Origin: Macrostomum lignano | Lineage: Eukaryota | Assembly: GCA_002269645.1 (NCBI GenBank) | Contig: NIVC01000386.1 | Coordinates: 575,186 to 639,185, forward strand | Reading direction: 5' to 3' | Length of the DNA: 64,000 bases | Part shown: positions 1 to 12,877 of the stretch, one piece after another | Layout: every line of letters starts with the position of its first letter | How positions within the stretch are numbered: position 1 is the first letter of the stretch | The notes under the pieces: generated by a model | What the model was told of the DNA's origin: nothing | The model's input: the letters and a program-made list of their open reading frames with translations, nothing else | Databases searched by the model: none | Position numbers and translations under genes: made by a program

Positions 1-3000
1 GCACGGCCCCGCCATCCCGCAGCCATTCGCAATCGGTTCCTGTGCGCAGACACATATTCCACCATCAGCTGTGACAACCGTCAGAAGCTGATGGTGTTGG
101 ACGCCGTGCTGACGGACAAGTTCAACTTATTCAAGTACGGCCGCTGCCCGAACACTGCAAACCCAAGCCAGGGCGCCAGCCACTGCCCGGAGACCAACGT
201 CTTTGATGATGTGAAGCGGCAGTGCGACTCGCGGCCCTCCTGCACAATTGGCGCCCTGCACAGCGTCAGGCCGGGCTGCGCCAGGCCCAACCTGCTGCTG
301 CTCTACGCCTGTGGTAATGCTGGGGCTGGGGCTGGGGTTGGGGCTGGGGATGGGTCTGGAACTGGGTCTGGGGCTGGGGCTGGGGCTGGGGCTGGGGCTG
401 GGGCTGGGGCTGGGGATGGGTCTGGGACTGGGGCTGAGGCTGGGGCTGGGGCTGGGGCTGGGACTGGGACTGGGGCTGGGACTGGGGCTGGGACTGGGGC
501 TGGGGCTGGGACTGGGGGCTGGGGCTGGGTCTGGATCTGGGGTTGGGGCTGGGTCTGGGTCTCGGTCAGGGACTGGGCCTGGGTCTGGGGCTGGGGCTGG
601 GGCTGGGGTTGGGTCTGGGACTGGGGCTGGGACTGGGACTGGGGCTGGGACTGGGGCTGGGTCTGGGTCTCGGTCAGGGACTGGGCCTGGGTCTGGGTCT
701 GGGGCTGGGGCTGGGCCTGGGTCTGGGGCTGGGGCTGGGGTTGGGTCTGGGTCTGAGACTGGGTCTGGGTCTGGGGCTGGGGCTGGGACTGTGGCTGGGA
801 CCGAGGCTGGGGCTGGGGCTGGGGCTGGGGCTGGGGCTGGGGCTGGGGCTGGGGCTGGGGTTGGGGTTGGGTTAGGGCTTATATCGAGTCAACTGAGGTC
901 ATCCCGCTTTCTCCCATCCAAACTACAACCAATCCAGTTCCTAATTTCGCTAATTTCAGTGCCCAAGAAAGGCTATGACCCCAGCAAGCGAACCGACCTG
1001 CCGGAAGACCGGCAGCGGATCCCCACGGTAGTCTATGGCCCGGAGCCCGAGCCCGAGAGGCCACCAACTCAACCACCATCGAGACGGAGCAACTCAAGAG
1101 ATGCTGAGACAAGTGACCCGACTCGTGAGTCTCCTCCATGGTTTGGTGGACGGAATTGGCAGTTTGGACTGCAGCTGGATGATGGGATTGGCAGTTTGGA
1201 CTGCAGCTTGATGATGGGATTGGCGGTTTGGACTGCAGCTTGATGATGGGATTGGCAGTTTGGACTGCAGCTTGATGATGGGATTGGCAGTTTGGACTGC
1301 AGCTTGATGATGGGATTGGCGGTTTGGACTGCAGCTTGATGATGGGATTGGCAGTTTGGACTGCAGCTTGATGATGGGATTGGCGGTTTGGACTGCAGCT
1401 GGATGCACACGTTGGCCCATGCCTACCCGTCAAGTTCAGAATCAAGTACAACAGCCAGTCAGATTAGGTAGAAGCCGACAACAGAGTTGCCTAGCACTGG
1501 CATGCAAATGGAGTCTGTTAAGCCTTCTAAGGACGCCCCAGATTATCAGGGCGCAAAGGGACCATCGGCTAATTAGCATAATCATGCAGCACTAATTAGC
1601 ATATTTCCTATTACCGCTGGAATGAGAGGCGGACAGGAAAATCCAAATGGAATTTAGCCAACCTGCAGCAGCTCTGCCCGGATGAAATTGACACTGAGAT
1701 GAGCTGGAGCCATAGACACACACTGGTTGGAACTGAGCTGGAGCCATAGACACACACTGGTTGGAACTGAGCTGGAGCCATAGACACACAGGTTGGAACT
1801 GAGCTGGAGCCATAGACACACACTGGTTGGAACTGAACTAGAGCCATAGACACACACTGGTTGGAACTGAGCTGGAGCCATAGACACACAGGTTGGAACT
1901 GAGCTGGAGCCATAGACACACACTCTGGTTGGAACTGAGCTGGAGCCATAGACACACACTCTGGTTGGAACTGAGCTGGAGCCATAGACACACACTGGTT
2001 GGAACTGAGCTGGAGTCATAGACACACACTGGTTGGAACTGAGCTGGAGCCATAGACACACACTGGTTGGAACTGAACTAGAGCCATAGACACACACTGG
2101 TTGGAACTGAGCTGGAGCCATAGACACACAGGTTGGAACTAAGCTGGAGCCATAGACACACACTCTGGTTGGAACTGAGCTGGAGCCATAGACACACACT
2201 CTGGTTGGAACTGAGCTGGAGCCATAGACACACACTGGTTGGAACTGAGCTGGAGTCATAGACACACACTGGTTGGAACTGAACTAGAGCCATAGACACA
2301 CACTGGTTGGAACTGAACTAGAGCCATAGACACACACTGGTTGGAACTGAGCTGGAGCCATAGACACACACTGGTTGGAACTGAGCTGGAGCCATAGACA
2401 CACACTGGTTGGAACTGAACTGGAGCCATAGACACACACTCTGGTTGGAACTGAGCTGGAGCCATAGACACACACTGGTTGGAACTGAGCTGGAGCCATA
2501 GACACACACTGGTTGGAACTGAGCTGGAGCCATAGACACACACAGGTTGGAACTGAGCTGGAGCCATAGACACACAGGTTGGAACTGAGCTGGAGCCATA
2601 GACACACAGGTTGGAGCTGAGCTGGAGCCATAGACACACAGGTTGGAACTGAGCTGGAGCCATAGACACACAGGTTGGAACTGAGCTGGAGCCATAGACA
2701 CACAGGTTGGAACTGAGCTGGAGCCATAGACACACAGGTTGGAACTGAGCTGGAGCCATAGACACACACTGGTTGGAACTGAACTGGAGCCATAGACACA
2801 CACTGGTTGGAACTGAGCTGGAGCCATAGACACACAGGTTGGAACTGAGCTGGAGCGATAGACACACAGGTTGGAACTGAGCTGGAGCCATAGACACACA
2901 CTGGTTGGAACTGAGCTGGAGCCATAGACACACACTGGTTGGAACTGAGCTGGAGCCAAAGACACACACAGGTTGGAACTGAGCTGGAGCCATAGACACA

Positions 3001-5233
3001 CACTGGTTGGAACTGAGCTGGAACCATAGACACACACTGGTTGGAACTGAGCTGGAGCCATAGACACACACTGGTTGGAACTGAACTGGAGCCAAAGACA
3101 CACAGGTTGGAACTGAGCTGGAGCCATAGACACACACTGGTTGGAACTGAACTGGAGCCATAGACACACACTGGTTGGAACTGAACTGGAGCCATAGACA
3201 CACACTGGTTGGAACTGAGCTGGAGCCATAGACACACAGGTTGGAACTGAGCTGGAGCCATAGACACACACAGGTTGGAACTGAGCTGGAGCCATAGACA
3301 CACAGGTTGGAACTGAGCTGGAGCCATAGACACACAGTTTGGAGCTGAGCTGGAGCCATAGACACACAGGTTGGAGCTGAGCTGGAGCCATAGACACACA
3401 GGTTGGAACTGAGCTGGAGCCATAGACACACAGGTTGGAACTGAGCTGGAGCCATAGACACACACTGGTTGGAGCTGAGGCGGATTCATACACACGGATG
3501 AGGATATCCAAGTAAATCGCAATCAGCTTTTATTTCCTAATCTGAATTCACACTCCCAACCAATTAAGGCAAGACTCAGCCTCTCAGAGTTGAAAAGTTT
3601 GAAGGCCCAGTAGCTTTATCTGACAAACCGGAGCTTGGGCGGCAACCCCCCCCCTCTCAAATTCAGTTCGGACAGTTTGAAGTGCTCAGTTGAGTATCAC
3701 GCACTGAGAGCAGTTTGAGTTCAAAACGGGCTCTAAAACTAAGAGCACGGCAGAGCTGAAGTTGGATAATTCTCGTCCAAGACTCAAAATTGCCTCAGCG
3801 AACTCGAAGGCCGATGTTGCTCAGCTGGAATTGCTTGAGCAAGCGGGGGAACAGGGGAACTGGGGACGGAATTCCGCGGGATTACTCTTGGCTGCGGTCT
3901 GCGATTAATGGATGAGTAGCTTGAGTAGGGATATCGCTGCCTCCTCTGCCCCCGCCGAGTTCCCCTCTGCTTTGATCCTGCGGCACTTCGAGTTCGAGAT
4001 TTGAGCCTTCGGGGAGCCATTTATCCCAGCCAGACAAAGTCTTCCGTGTTCTGGAGGGGTAATAAATAAACTGAGAGCACGGCTGCTCAGCTGAGCACTT
4101 TTCTGATTTGCCGATCAACTTAATCCGATGCTGGAGTCCCAGACTGCAGATTGAAGCAGCTCTGGAGATTCGGGCTGGATGCAGGGTGAGATTCGGGCTG
4201 GCTGCAGGGTGAGATTCGGGCTGGCTGCAGGGTGAGATTCGGGCTGGCTGCAGGGTGAGATTCAAGCTGGCTGTAGGGTGAGATTCGGGCTGGCTGTAGG
4301 GTGAGATTCGGGCTGGATGCAGGGGGAAATTCGGGCTGGCTGTAGGGTGAGATTCGGGCTGGATGCAGGGTGAGATTCGGGCCGGCTGTAGAGTGAGATT
4401 CAAATTGGCTGTAGGGTGAGATTCGGACTGGCTGTAGGGTGAGATTCGGGCTGGCTGCAGGGTGAGATTCGGACTGGCTGTAGGGTGAGATTCGGGCTGG
4501 CTGCAGGGTGAGATTCGGACTGGCTGTAGGGTGAGACTCGGGCCGGCTCTAGGGTGAGATTCGGGCCGGCTGTAGGGTGAGATTCGCTCACGGACTCACT
4601 GAAATTCCAGGGCAGCCCGCTGACGCATCAGCCGACGGCGCGGTCGCGGAGGACTCGCCGTCGCTGCTGCCGCAGCTCAGCTCCCGCCAGGCCGCGGTGC
4701 TTGGCGTGTCGGCAGGCGTCGCTCTCCTGCTGGCGCTGGTGGCGGCCGTCAGCTGCACGCTGACCCGCCGATGGCTGCGCGGTCGGCGGCGCCGGGCAGA
4801 GGAGCACCTGGCCCGGGTGCGGCTGGGCAAGCAGATCTCTCCGCCCGCCACCTGCCTGGTCATCCCGCCGGCCGAGACGCTGCTGAAGCTGCCGTCTCCG
4901 CATCCGTCCTCGGGCAGCGGCGGGGCGCACACGGTCAGCGTCTGCCTCAGCCAGCTCGGCTCGCCGCCCCGCTGCGGCTCCATCGACGGCAGCGGCAGTG
5001 GCAGCGGCGTGTGCGGCAGCAGCGGCATCGGCAGCGGCGTCGGTGGCTGCTCCGGAAGCGACAGGCAGTCGACGTCGACGTCGACCTTCCTGATGGGCGG
5101 CTCGGCAGCCTCCAGGGCGGGCTCGCTGCCGTCCCCGCGGGAGTCGCTGGCCACCTACTCGCTGCAGCAGCACCACTGCGCCACCTCGGTGCTGGAGGAG
5201 CAGCTGGGGCCGCAGCAGCTGGGGATGCTCTGA
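1..5233 (+). CDS. Single-pass type I membrane protein with SUEL (galactose/rhamnose-binding) lectin domain, EVA-1-like; 5' part lies outside the window
   Basis: Exon <=23-313 reads FLCADTYSTISCDNRQKLMVLDA...KYGRC...CPETNVFDDVKRQCDSRPSCTI...GCARPNLLLLYAC, the SUEL cysteine pattern. Donor GT at 314. Exon 960-1124 (ttcag acceptor, GTGAGT donor at 1125) and exon 4611-5233 (ttccag acceptor) both join in phase 1. The last exon encodes a TM helix AAVLGVSAGVALLLALVAAVSC, then RRWLRGRRRR and a Ser/Gly-rich tail. Confidence 0.7.
321..878. repeat. (GGGGCT)n-type hexamer minisatellite in an intron
   Basis: Direct reading: GGGGCT/GGGACT/GGGTCT units; produces the GA/GL/WG low-complexity ORFs. Confidence 0.95.
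1158..1402. repeat. 32-bp tandem repeat, about 8 copies
   Basis: Unit GGCAGTTTGGACTGCAGCTTGATGATGGGATT, starting at 1158, 1190, 1222 and onward. Confidence 0.95.
1698..3478. repeat. 32-36-bp minisatellite with variable CA run
   Basis: Unit GGTTGGAACTGAGCTGGAGCCATAGACACACA(CT), about 50 copies. Confidence 0.95.
4165..4585. repeat. 23-bp minisatellite ending just before a splice acceptor
   Basis: Unit GCAGGGTGAGATTCGGGCTGGCT. Confidence 0.95.
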
Positions 5234-5349
5234 CCGCCGCTAACGGGAATCAGAGATGACCTGCCTTCCATGCTCAAGTGAGTCAGGGTGTCAGTTAGAC
5301 GGTCAGGAAAGCAGCAAGATAGTATCAGACAGTGTCGCATACACAGTAA

Positions 5350-6205
5350 GGATATCAGACTGTCAGGATGTCAGACTGTCAGGATGTCAGACTGTCAGGA
5401 TGTCAGACTGTCAGGATGTCAGACTGTCAGGATGTCAGCCTGTCAGGATGTCAGACTGTCAGGATGTCAGACTGTCAGGATGTCAGACTGTCAGGATGTC
5501 AGACTGTCAGGATGTCAGCCTGTCAGGATGTCAGACTGTCAGGATGTCAGACTGTCAGGATGTCAGACTGTCAGGATGTCAGACTGTCAGGATGTCAGAC
5601 TGTCAGGATGTCAGACTGTCAGGATATCAGACTGTCAGGATATGAGACTGTCAGGATGTCAGACTGTCAGGATGTCAGACTGTCAGGGTGTCAGATTGTC
5701 AGGATATCAGACTGCCAGGATATCAGACTGTCAGGATGTCAGACTTTCAGGATGTCAGACTTTCAGGATGTCAGACTGTAAGGATGTCAGACTGTCAGGA
5801 TGTCAGCCTGTCAGGATGTCAGACTGTCAGGAGGTAAGATTGTCAGGATGTCAGACTGTCAGGATGTCAGACTGTCAGGATGTCAGACTGTCAGGATGTC
5901 AGACTGTCAGGATGTCAGACTGTCAGGATGTCAGACTGTCAGGATGTCAGACTGTCAGGATGTCAGACTGTCAGGATGTCAGACTGTCAGGATGTCAGAC
6001 TGTCATGATGTCAGAATGTCAGGATGTCAGACTGTTAGGATGTCAGACTGTCAGGATGTCAGACTGTCAGGATGTCAGACTGTCAGGATGTCAGACTGTC
6101 AGGATGTCAGACTGTCAGGATGTCAGACTGTCAGGATGTCAGACTGTCAGGATGTCAGACTGTCAGGATGTCAGACTGTCAGGATGTCAGACTGTCAGGA
6201 TGTCA
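5350..6205. repeat. 16-bp minisatellite built from two 8-bp half units
   Basis: Unit TGTCAGACTGTCAGGA. Confidence 0.95.
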
Positions 6206-6246
6206 GCTAGCCTGTAAGAATCTGTCTCTGCACTTTCAATTTCAGA

Positions 6247-7596
6247 TCAGTCCGAGTTCAGGAACTTCAGAGTTTCGCCCAGAGCACCAGCGAGTTGCTC
6301 ACGCACCGAGCCGGCCACGGTTTTCCCTCTCCTGTGCAAGAAACGCAAAGAAGGAATTTGTGATGTGTTTATCGCAGCATTAACTTCATATTTTTAAATA
6401 CTCGTCTCAACTAAAGTGTCAGATCCCGTTTTTTAACCGCCTGACTGCAGGTTGCCATTGCTGCCAGGTCTGGATAATAATATTAGCAAAACTTTTTCTT
6501 TGGCTTGATGAAGAATCCTGCAATGTACAAAGACTGTTTCTGTACAGGTGAAGCCACTGATTCTGCACATCTGAAGGTTAGTATGTACTTTTAATGTACT
6601 TAGCGATGCTCACTTGGATGACACTGCATGCTTTGCTCAGAACGGAGAAGCTCTTGTAAAGCAGCGTTTGAATTTTGTAATATACACGCTATAAACACTA
6701 CTGAGATAGTAGAAAAATACGTTTTTTGACAAAAAAATCGAAAGAAATTGATCCTGCAGTCACCAAAGTTTTTTATTATAAATGACTGAGCTTGAAGTTC
6801 TCGCTGGCAACAGAGTGCTCGAAGAACACAGACCGGGCATGTGAGTTCAGTGATGAGGCAAATAACTGAGCAAATGTCCACAACCGGTAAATGGGAGAGA
6901 TGTTATAACTTTTTGACCCTATTCTGCGAGGGTCAACATGGGTCAGACAGTGTAGGTCAGATGGTGTGGGCCAGACACTGTGGGTCAGACACTGTTCGTC
7001 AGGCAGTGTGGGTCAGACAGTGTGGGTCAGGCAGTGTGGGTCAGACGGTGTGGGTCAGACAGTGTGGGTCAGACACTGTGCGTCAGGCAGTGTGGGTCAG
7101 ACACTGTGGGTCAGACAGTGTAGGTCAGATGGTGTGGGTCAGACACTGTGGGTCAGGCAGTGTGGGTCAGAAAGTGCAGGTCAAACGGTGTGGGTCAGAC
7201 AGTGTGGGTCAGACACTGTGCGTCAGGCAGTGTGGGTCAGACAGTGTGGGTCAGGCAGTGTGGGTCAGACGGTGTGGGTCAGACAGTGTGGGTCAGACAC
7301 TGTGCGTCAGGCAGTGTGGGTCAGACACTGTGGGTCAGACAGTGTAGGTCAGATGGTGTGGGTCAGACACTGTGGGTCAGGCAGTGTGGGTCAGAAAGTG
7401 CAGGTCAAACGGTGTGGGTCAGACAGTGTGGGTCAGACAGTGTGGGTCAGACCGTATGGGTCCACGGCGGCTGGGCTGGGCTCCGCGTACCCGCACAGTC
7501 CCTGCCGGTGCGGAGCCGCCCTCCACGACCGGCCGGGCAGTTGGACGGTGAAGTTGAAGTCCTCGGACAGCTGACGCAGGTGGCAGCCGAAGCGAC
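6247..7596 (-). CDS. Probable last two exons of an unidentified minus-strand gene; possible VWD-like segment
   Basis: Exon 7596-7491 (ggacag acceptor, GTACGC donor) reads RFGCHLRQLSEDFNFTVQLPGRSWRAAPHRQGLCG with strong G/C third-position bias. It joins in phase 2 to exon 6331-6247 (ttgcacag acceptor), which reads RGKTVAGSVREQLAGALGETLKFLNSD*. A further GC-rich exon candidate lies at about 8512-8410. Confidence 0.4.
6935..7452. repeat. 14-bp minisatellite
   Basis: Unit GTGTGGGTCAGACA with variants. Confidence 0.9.
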
Positions 7597-7865
7597 CTGT
7601 CCAGGGGGTGGAATCGAATTTTTGGCGTGCAATTTGCTTCTACTGCCACTGTTAGTAGGCTTATGCGAATATGTTTAAGGAGCTGTTTTACACTGACACC
7701 AATCACCAATATCTACAAAGATATTCACGTGGCCCTTGCGCAAACATTCGCCCGAGCATTCACGGGTGTGAGTTCCCGTGTTCGACTCAGCACGCACGGC
7801 CATATTGCATGGCACTTGTCGAGCATTCACGCTAGCCAGTGTGTACACCGCTTGATAGAAAATAA

Positions 7866-8420
7866 GGTCAGTGGATTCAGTGGGTCAGTGGCAGAGTCAG
7901 TGGGTAAGTTGCCTCAGTAGGCCAGTGGGTCAGTGGGTCAGTGGTTTCAGTGGGTCAGTGGTGTCAGTGAGTCAGTGGTTTCAGTGGGTCAGTGGTGTCA
8001 GTGGGTCAATGGTGTCAGTGGGTAAGTGGTGTCAGTAGGTCAGTGGTGTCAGTATGTCCGTGGTGTCAGTGGGTCCCTGGTGTCAGTCCCTGGTGATGAG
8101 TGCTGTCCCTGGGAGTGATGTCCCTGGTGTCAGTGGGTCTGTAACGTCAGTTGGCCAGTGGTGTCAGTGGGTCTGTAACGTCAGTTGGCCAGTGGTGTCA
8201 GTGGGTCAGTGGTGTCAGTGGTGTTAGTGGATCAATGAGCCAGTGGTGTCAGTAGGCCAGTGGGTCAGTAGGCCAATGGTATCAGTAGGTCAGTGGTGTC
8301 AGTAGGTCAGTGGTGTCGGCAGACCAGTGGGTCAGTGCGTCAGTGGGGTCAGTAGACCAGTGGGTCAGTCGAGTCAGTGGGGTCAGTAGACCAGTGGGTC
8401 AGTCGAGTCAGTGGGGTCAA
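7866..8420. repeat. Degenerate 8-9-bp minisatellite
   Basis: GTGGGTCA / GTGGTGTCA units. Confidence 0.85.
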
Positions 8421-8747
8421 GTGGGCCAGCATCCAGCAGCCGGTAGGTCAGGTGGTCGCGCGGCACCGGCCGATGAGGAACGGCCGCTGGTCCAGGGTTG
8501 CCTGCAGCGTCGCTTTGTGTGTGTGTTGCGGACGGCTGGGGGCTCGAACTTGCGACCATGTTGGCTTATCCTAGATAGATACCTGTTAGATCAGATTAGT
8601 AAGTAGAAGTCAATGTCGAAAAATAGGCCCCGAACCCGAGCCCTGACGTTCTGATATTATCGAGGAATTTTTTACATTAGGAATTATTATCGAGGAGACC
8701 TTTTCTCCGCCTATGTTGACGAGCAGTTTCGGAAACGAGCCTGAAGT

Positions 8748-8838
8748 CTGACAGGTTGGTCTGACAGGTTGGTCTGACAGGTTGGTCTGACAGGTTGGTC
8801 TGACAGGTTGGTCTGACAGGTTGGTCTGACAGGTTGGT
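8748..8838. repeat. 13-bp tandem repeat, about 7 copies
   Basis: Unit CTGACAGGTTGGT. Confidence 0.95.
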
Positions 8839-9305
8839 CCGCCTTGGCCCCATTCTTGGGAGTGTCACTTCCAGGTCTTCCGTGTTCCCTGAACAGCTAT
8901 TTACGAGTAGCTTCGAACTCATAAGCATGCGAGAGCAACTCAGGCTTGAACATTCATGCTGACCGATCATCAAATCTGTAGAGTTGCACCTGGTTTACAG
9001 CATAATTTGCAATCTTCACAGAACATCCGAAATTATGTACACATAAAATCCGCCTGAAATTTTTTAATCTAAATTCTTTACAGTCCAAGAGTGGCAGCTC
9101 CCAAACCCAACAACTCATCCAAATCAGAAGCAAATTTGTCCCATTTTCTGGGACCAAATTCCCAAACAGTATTATTAGGTGGATTGCTCAGCTGGGTCCC
9201 CTCATCTGCTTGCTTAAATCAGCTCTGAGACCTGACAAGTGTGACAGAGTTTGAGTCTGAAAATTTATTGGTGACGTCTCTTTTTGGCTCAAACATGCAG
9301 CAGAT

Positions 9306-12300
9306 TTAACCACAGAGATGAACACGGGCTTAAAATATCAGGCATTTCTAAAAAACAGCGCTTAACCACAGAGATGAACACGGGTTTAAAATATCAAACA
9401 TTTCTAAAAAACAGCGCTTAACCACAGAGATAAACAAGGGCTTAAAATATCAAACATTTCTAAAAAACAGCGCTTAACCACAGAGATGAACACGGGCTTA
9501 AAATATCAAACATTTCTAAAAAACAGCGCTTAACCACAGAGATGAACACGGGCTTAAAATATCAAACATTTCTAAAAAACACAGCGCTTAACCACAGAGA
9601 TAAACACGGGCTTAAAATATCAAACATTTCTAAAAAACACAGCGCTTAACCACAGAGATAAACACGGGTTTAAAATATCAAACATTTCTAAAAAACACAG
9701 CGCTTAACCACAGAGATAAACAAGGGCTTAAAATATCAAACATTTCTAAAAAACACAGCGCTTAACCACAGAGATAAACAAGGGCTTAAAATATCAAACA
9801 TTTCTAAAAAACACAGCGCTTAACCACAGAGATAAACACGGGTTTAAAATATCAAACATTTCTAAAAAAACACAGCGCTTAACCACAGAGATAAACACGG
9901 GTTTAAAATATCAAACATTTCTAAAAAACACAGCGCTTAACCACAGAGATAAACAAGGGCTTAAAATATCAAACATTTCTAAAAAACACAGCGCTTAACC
10001 ACAGAGATAAACAAGGGCTTAAAATATCAAACATTTCTAAAAAACACAGCGCTTAACCACAGAGATAAACACGGGTTTAAAATATCAAACATTTCTAAAA
10101 AACACAGCGCTTAACCACAGAGATAAACAAGGGCTTAAAATATCAAACATTTCTAAAAAACACAGCGCTTAACCACAGAGACAAACACGGGTTTAAAATA
10201 TCAAACATTTCTAAAAAACACAGCGCTTAACCACAGAGATAAACAAGGGCTTAAAATATCAAACATTTCTAAAAAACACAGCGCTTAACCACAGAGATAA
10301 ACACGGGCTTAAAATATCAAACATTTCTAAAAAACACAGCGCTTAACCACAGAGATAAACACGGGTTTAAAATATCAAACATTTCTAAAAAACACAGCGC
10401 TTAACCACAGAGATAAACACGGGTTTAAAATATCAAACATTTCTAAAAAACACAGCGCTTAACCACAGAGATAAACAAGGGCTTAAAATATCAAACATTT
10501 CTAAAAAACACAGCGCTTAACCACAGAGATAAACACGGGCTTAAAATATCAAACATTTCTAAAAAACACAGCGCTTAACCACAGAGATAAACACGGGTTT
10601 AAAATATCAAACATTTCTAAAAAACACAGCGCTTAACCACAGAGATAAACAAGGGCTTAAAATATCAAACATTTCTAAAAAACACAGCGCTTAACCACAG
10701 AGATGAACACGGGCTTAAAATATCAGGCATTTCTAAAAAACAGCGCTTAACCACAGAGATGAACACGGGCTTAAAATATCAAACATTTCTAAAAAACAGC
10801 GCTTAACCACAGAGATGAACACGGGTTTAAAATATCAAACATTTCTAAAAAACACAGCGCTTAACCACAGAGATAAACACGGGCTTAAAATATCAAACAT
10901 TTCTAAAAAACACAGCGCTTAACCACAGAGATAAACACGGGTTTAAAATATCAAACATTTCTAAAAAACACAGCGCTTAACCACAGAGATAAACAAGGGC
11001 TTAAAATATCAAACATTTCTAAAAAACACAGCGCTTAACCACAGAGATAAACAAGGGCTTAAAATATCAAACATTTCTAAAAAACACAGCGCTTAACCAC
11101 AGAGATAAACACGGGTTTAAAATATCAAACAATTCTAAAAAACACAGCGCTTAACCACAGAGATAAACAAGGGCTTAAAATATCAAACATTTCTAAAAAA
11201 CACAGCGCTTAACCACAGAGATAAACACGGGTTTAAAATATCAAACATTTCTAAAAAACACAGCGCTTAACCACAGAGATAAACAAGGGCTTAAAATATC
11301 AAACATTTCTAAAAAACACAGCGCTTAACCACAGAGATAAACACGGGCTTAAAATATCAAACATTTCTAAAAAACACAGCGCTTAACCACAGAGATAAAC
11401 ACGGGTTTAAAATATCAAACATTTCTAAAAAACACAGCGCTTAACCACAGAGATAAACACGGGTTTAAAATATCAAACATTTCTAAAAAACACAGCGCTT
11501 AACCACAGAGATAAACACGGGTTTAAAATATCAAACATTTCTAAAAAAACACAGCGCTTAACCACAGAGATAAACACGGGTTTAAAATATCAAACATTTC
11601 TAAAAAACAGCGCTTAACCACAGAGATGAACACGGGCTTAAAATATCAAACATTTCTAAAAAACAGCGCTTAACCACAGAGATGAACACGGGCTTAAAAT
11701 ATCAAACATTTCTAAAAAACACAGCGCTTAACCACAGAGATAAACACGGGCTTAAAATATCAAACATTTCTAAAAAAACACAGCGCTTAACCACAGAGAT
11801 AAACACGGGTTTAAAATATCAAACATTTCTAAAAAAACACAGCGCTTAACCACAGAGATAAACAAGGGCTTAAAATATCAAACATTTCTAAAAAACACAG
11901 CGCTTAACCACAGAGATAAACACGGGCTTAAAATATCAAACATTTCTTAAAAACACAGCGCTTAACCACAGAGATAAACAAGGGCTTAAAATATCAAACA
12001 TTTCTAAAAAACACAGCGCTTAACCACAGAGATAAACAAGGGCTTAAAATATCAAACATTTCTAAAAAACAACGCTTAACCACAGAGATAAACAAGGGCT
12101 TAAAATATCAAACATTTCTAAAAAACACAGCGCTTAACCACAGAGATAAACACGGGTTTAAAATATCAAACATTTCTAAAAAAACACAGCGCTTAACCAC
12201 AGAGATAAACACGGGTTTAAAATATCAAACATTTCTAAAAAACACAGCGCTTAACCACAGAGATAAACACGGGTTTAAAATATCAAACATTTCTAAAAAA

Positions 12301-12838
12301 CACAGCGCTTAACCACAGAGATAAACACGGGTTTAAAATATCAAACATTTCTAAAAAACACAGCGCTTAACCACAGAGATAAACAAGGGCTTAAAATATC
12401 AAACATTTCTAAAAAACACAGCGCTTAACCACAGAGATAAACACGGGTTTAAAATATCAAACATTTCTAAAAAACACAGCGCTTAACCACAGAGATGAAC
12501 ACGGGCTTAAAATATCAAACATTTCTAAAAAACACAGCGCTTAACCACAGAGATAAACAAGGGCTTAAAATATCAAACATTTCTAAAAAACACAGCGCTT
12601 AACCACAGAGATAAACAAGGGCTTAAAATATCAAACATTTCTAAAAAACACAGCGCTTAAAAACAGAGATAAACACGGGTTTAAAATATCAAACATTTCT
12701 AAAAAACACAGCGCTTAACCACAGAGATAAACAAGGGCTTAAAATATCAAACATTTCTAAAAAACAACGCTTAACCACAGAGATAAAGGCTTAGAATATA
12801 AAAAATCTCTGAAAACACAGCGCTTAACCACAGAGTTA
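9306..12838. repeat. AT-rich satellite, about 58-bp unit, about 60 copies
   Basis: Unit TTAACCACAGAGATAAACACGGGTTTAAAATATCAAACATTTCTAAAAAACACAGCGC with few variants. Confidence 0.97.
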
Positions 12839-12877
12839 ACTAAAGCAAACAAGGCTCCCTGCAGCAGGTTATGCAGT

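Noticed and set aside
860-878. Telomere-like GGGTTAGGG
   Set aside because: A single TTAGGG at the decayed end of the GGGGCT array.
1592-3522. 400-aa CVSMAPAQFQP repeat ORFs
   Set aside because: Intronic minisatellite; open in all three minus frames with frequent frame switching.
3784-4020. Arg-rich 78-aa minus-strand ORF in the lectin gene intron
   Set aside because: No recognisable motif or codon bias and no splice support.
8535-8560. tRNA-like GGTCGCAAGTTCGAGCCC on the minus strand
   Set aside because: The T-stem does not pair and no cloverleaf or A-box is evident.
9306-12838. CRISPR-like regular array
   Set aside because: Units are contiguous with no unique spacers; no cas genes; eukaryotic context.
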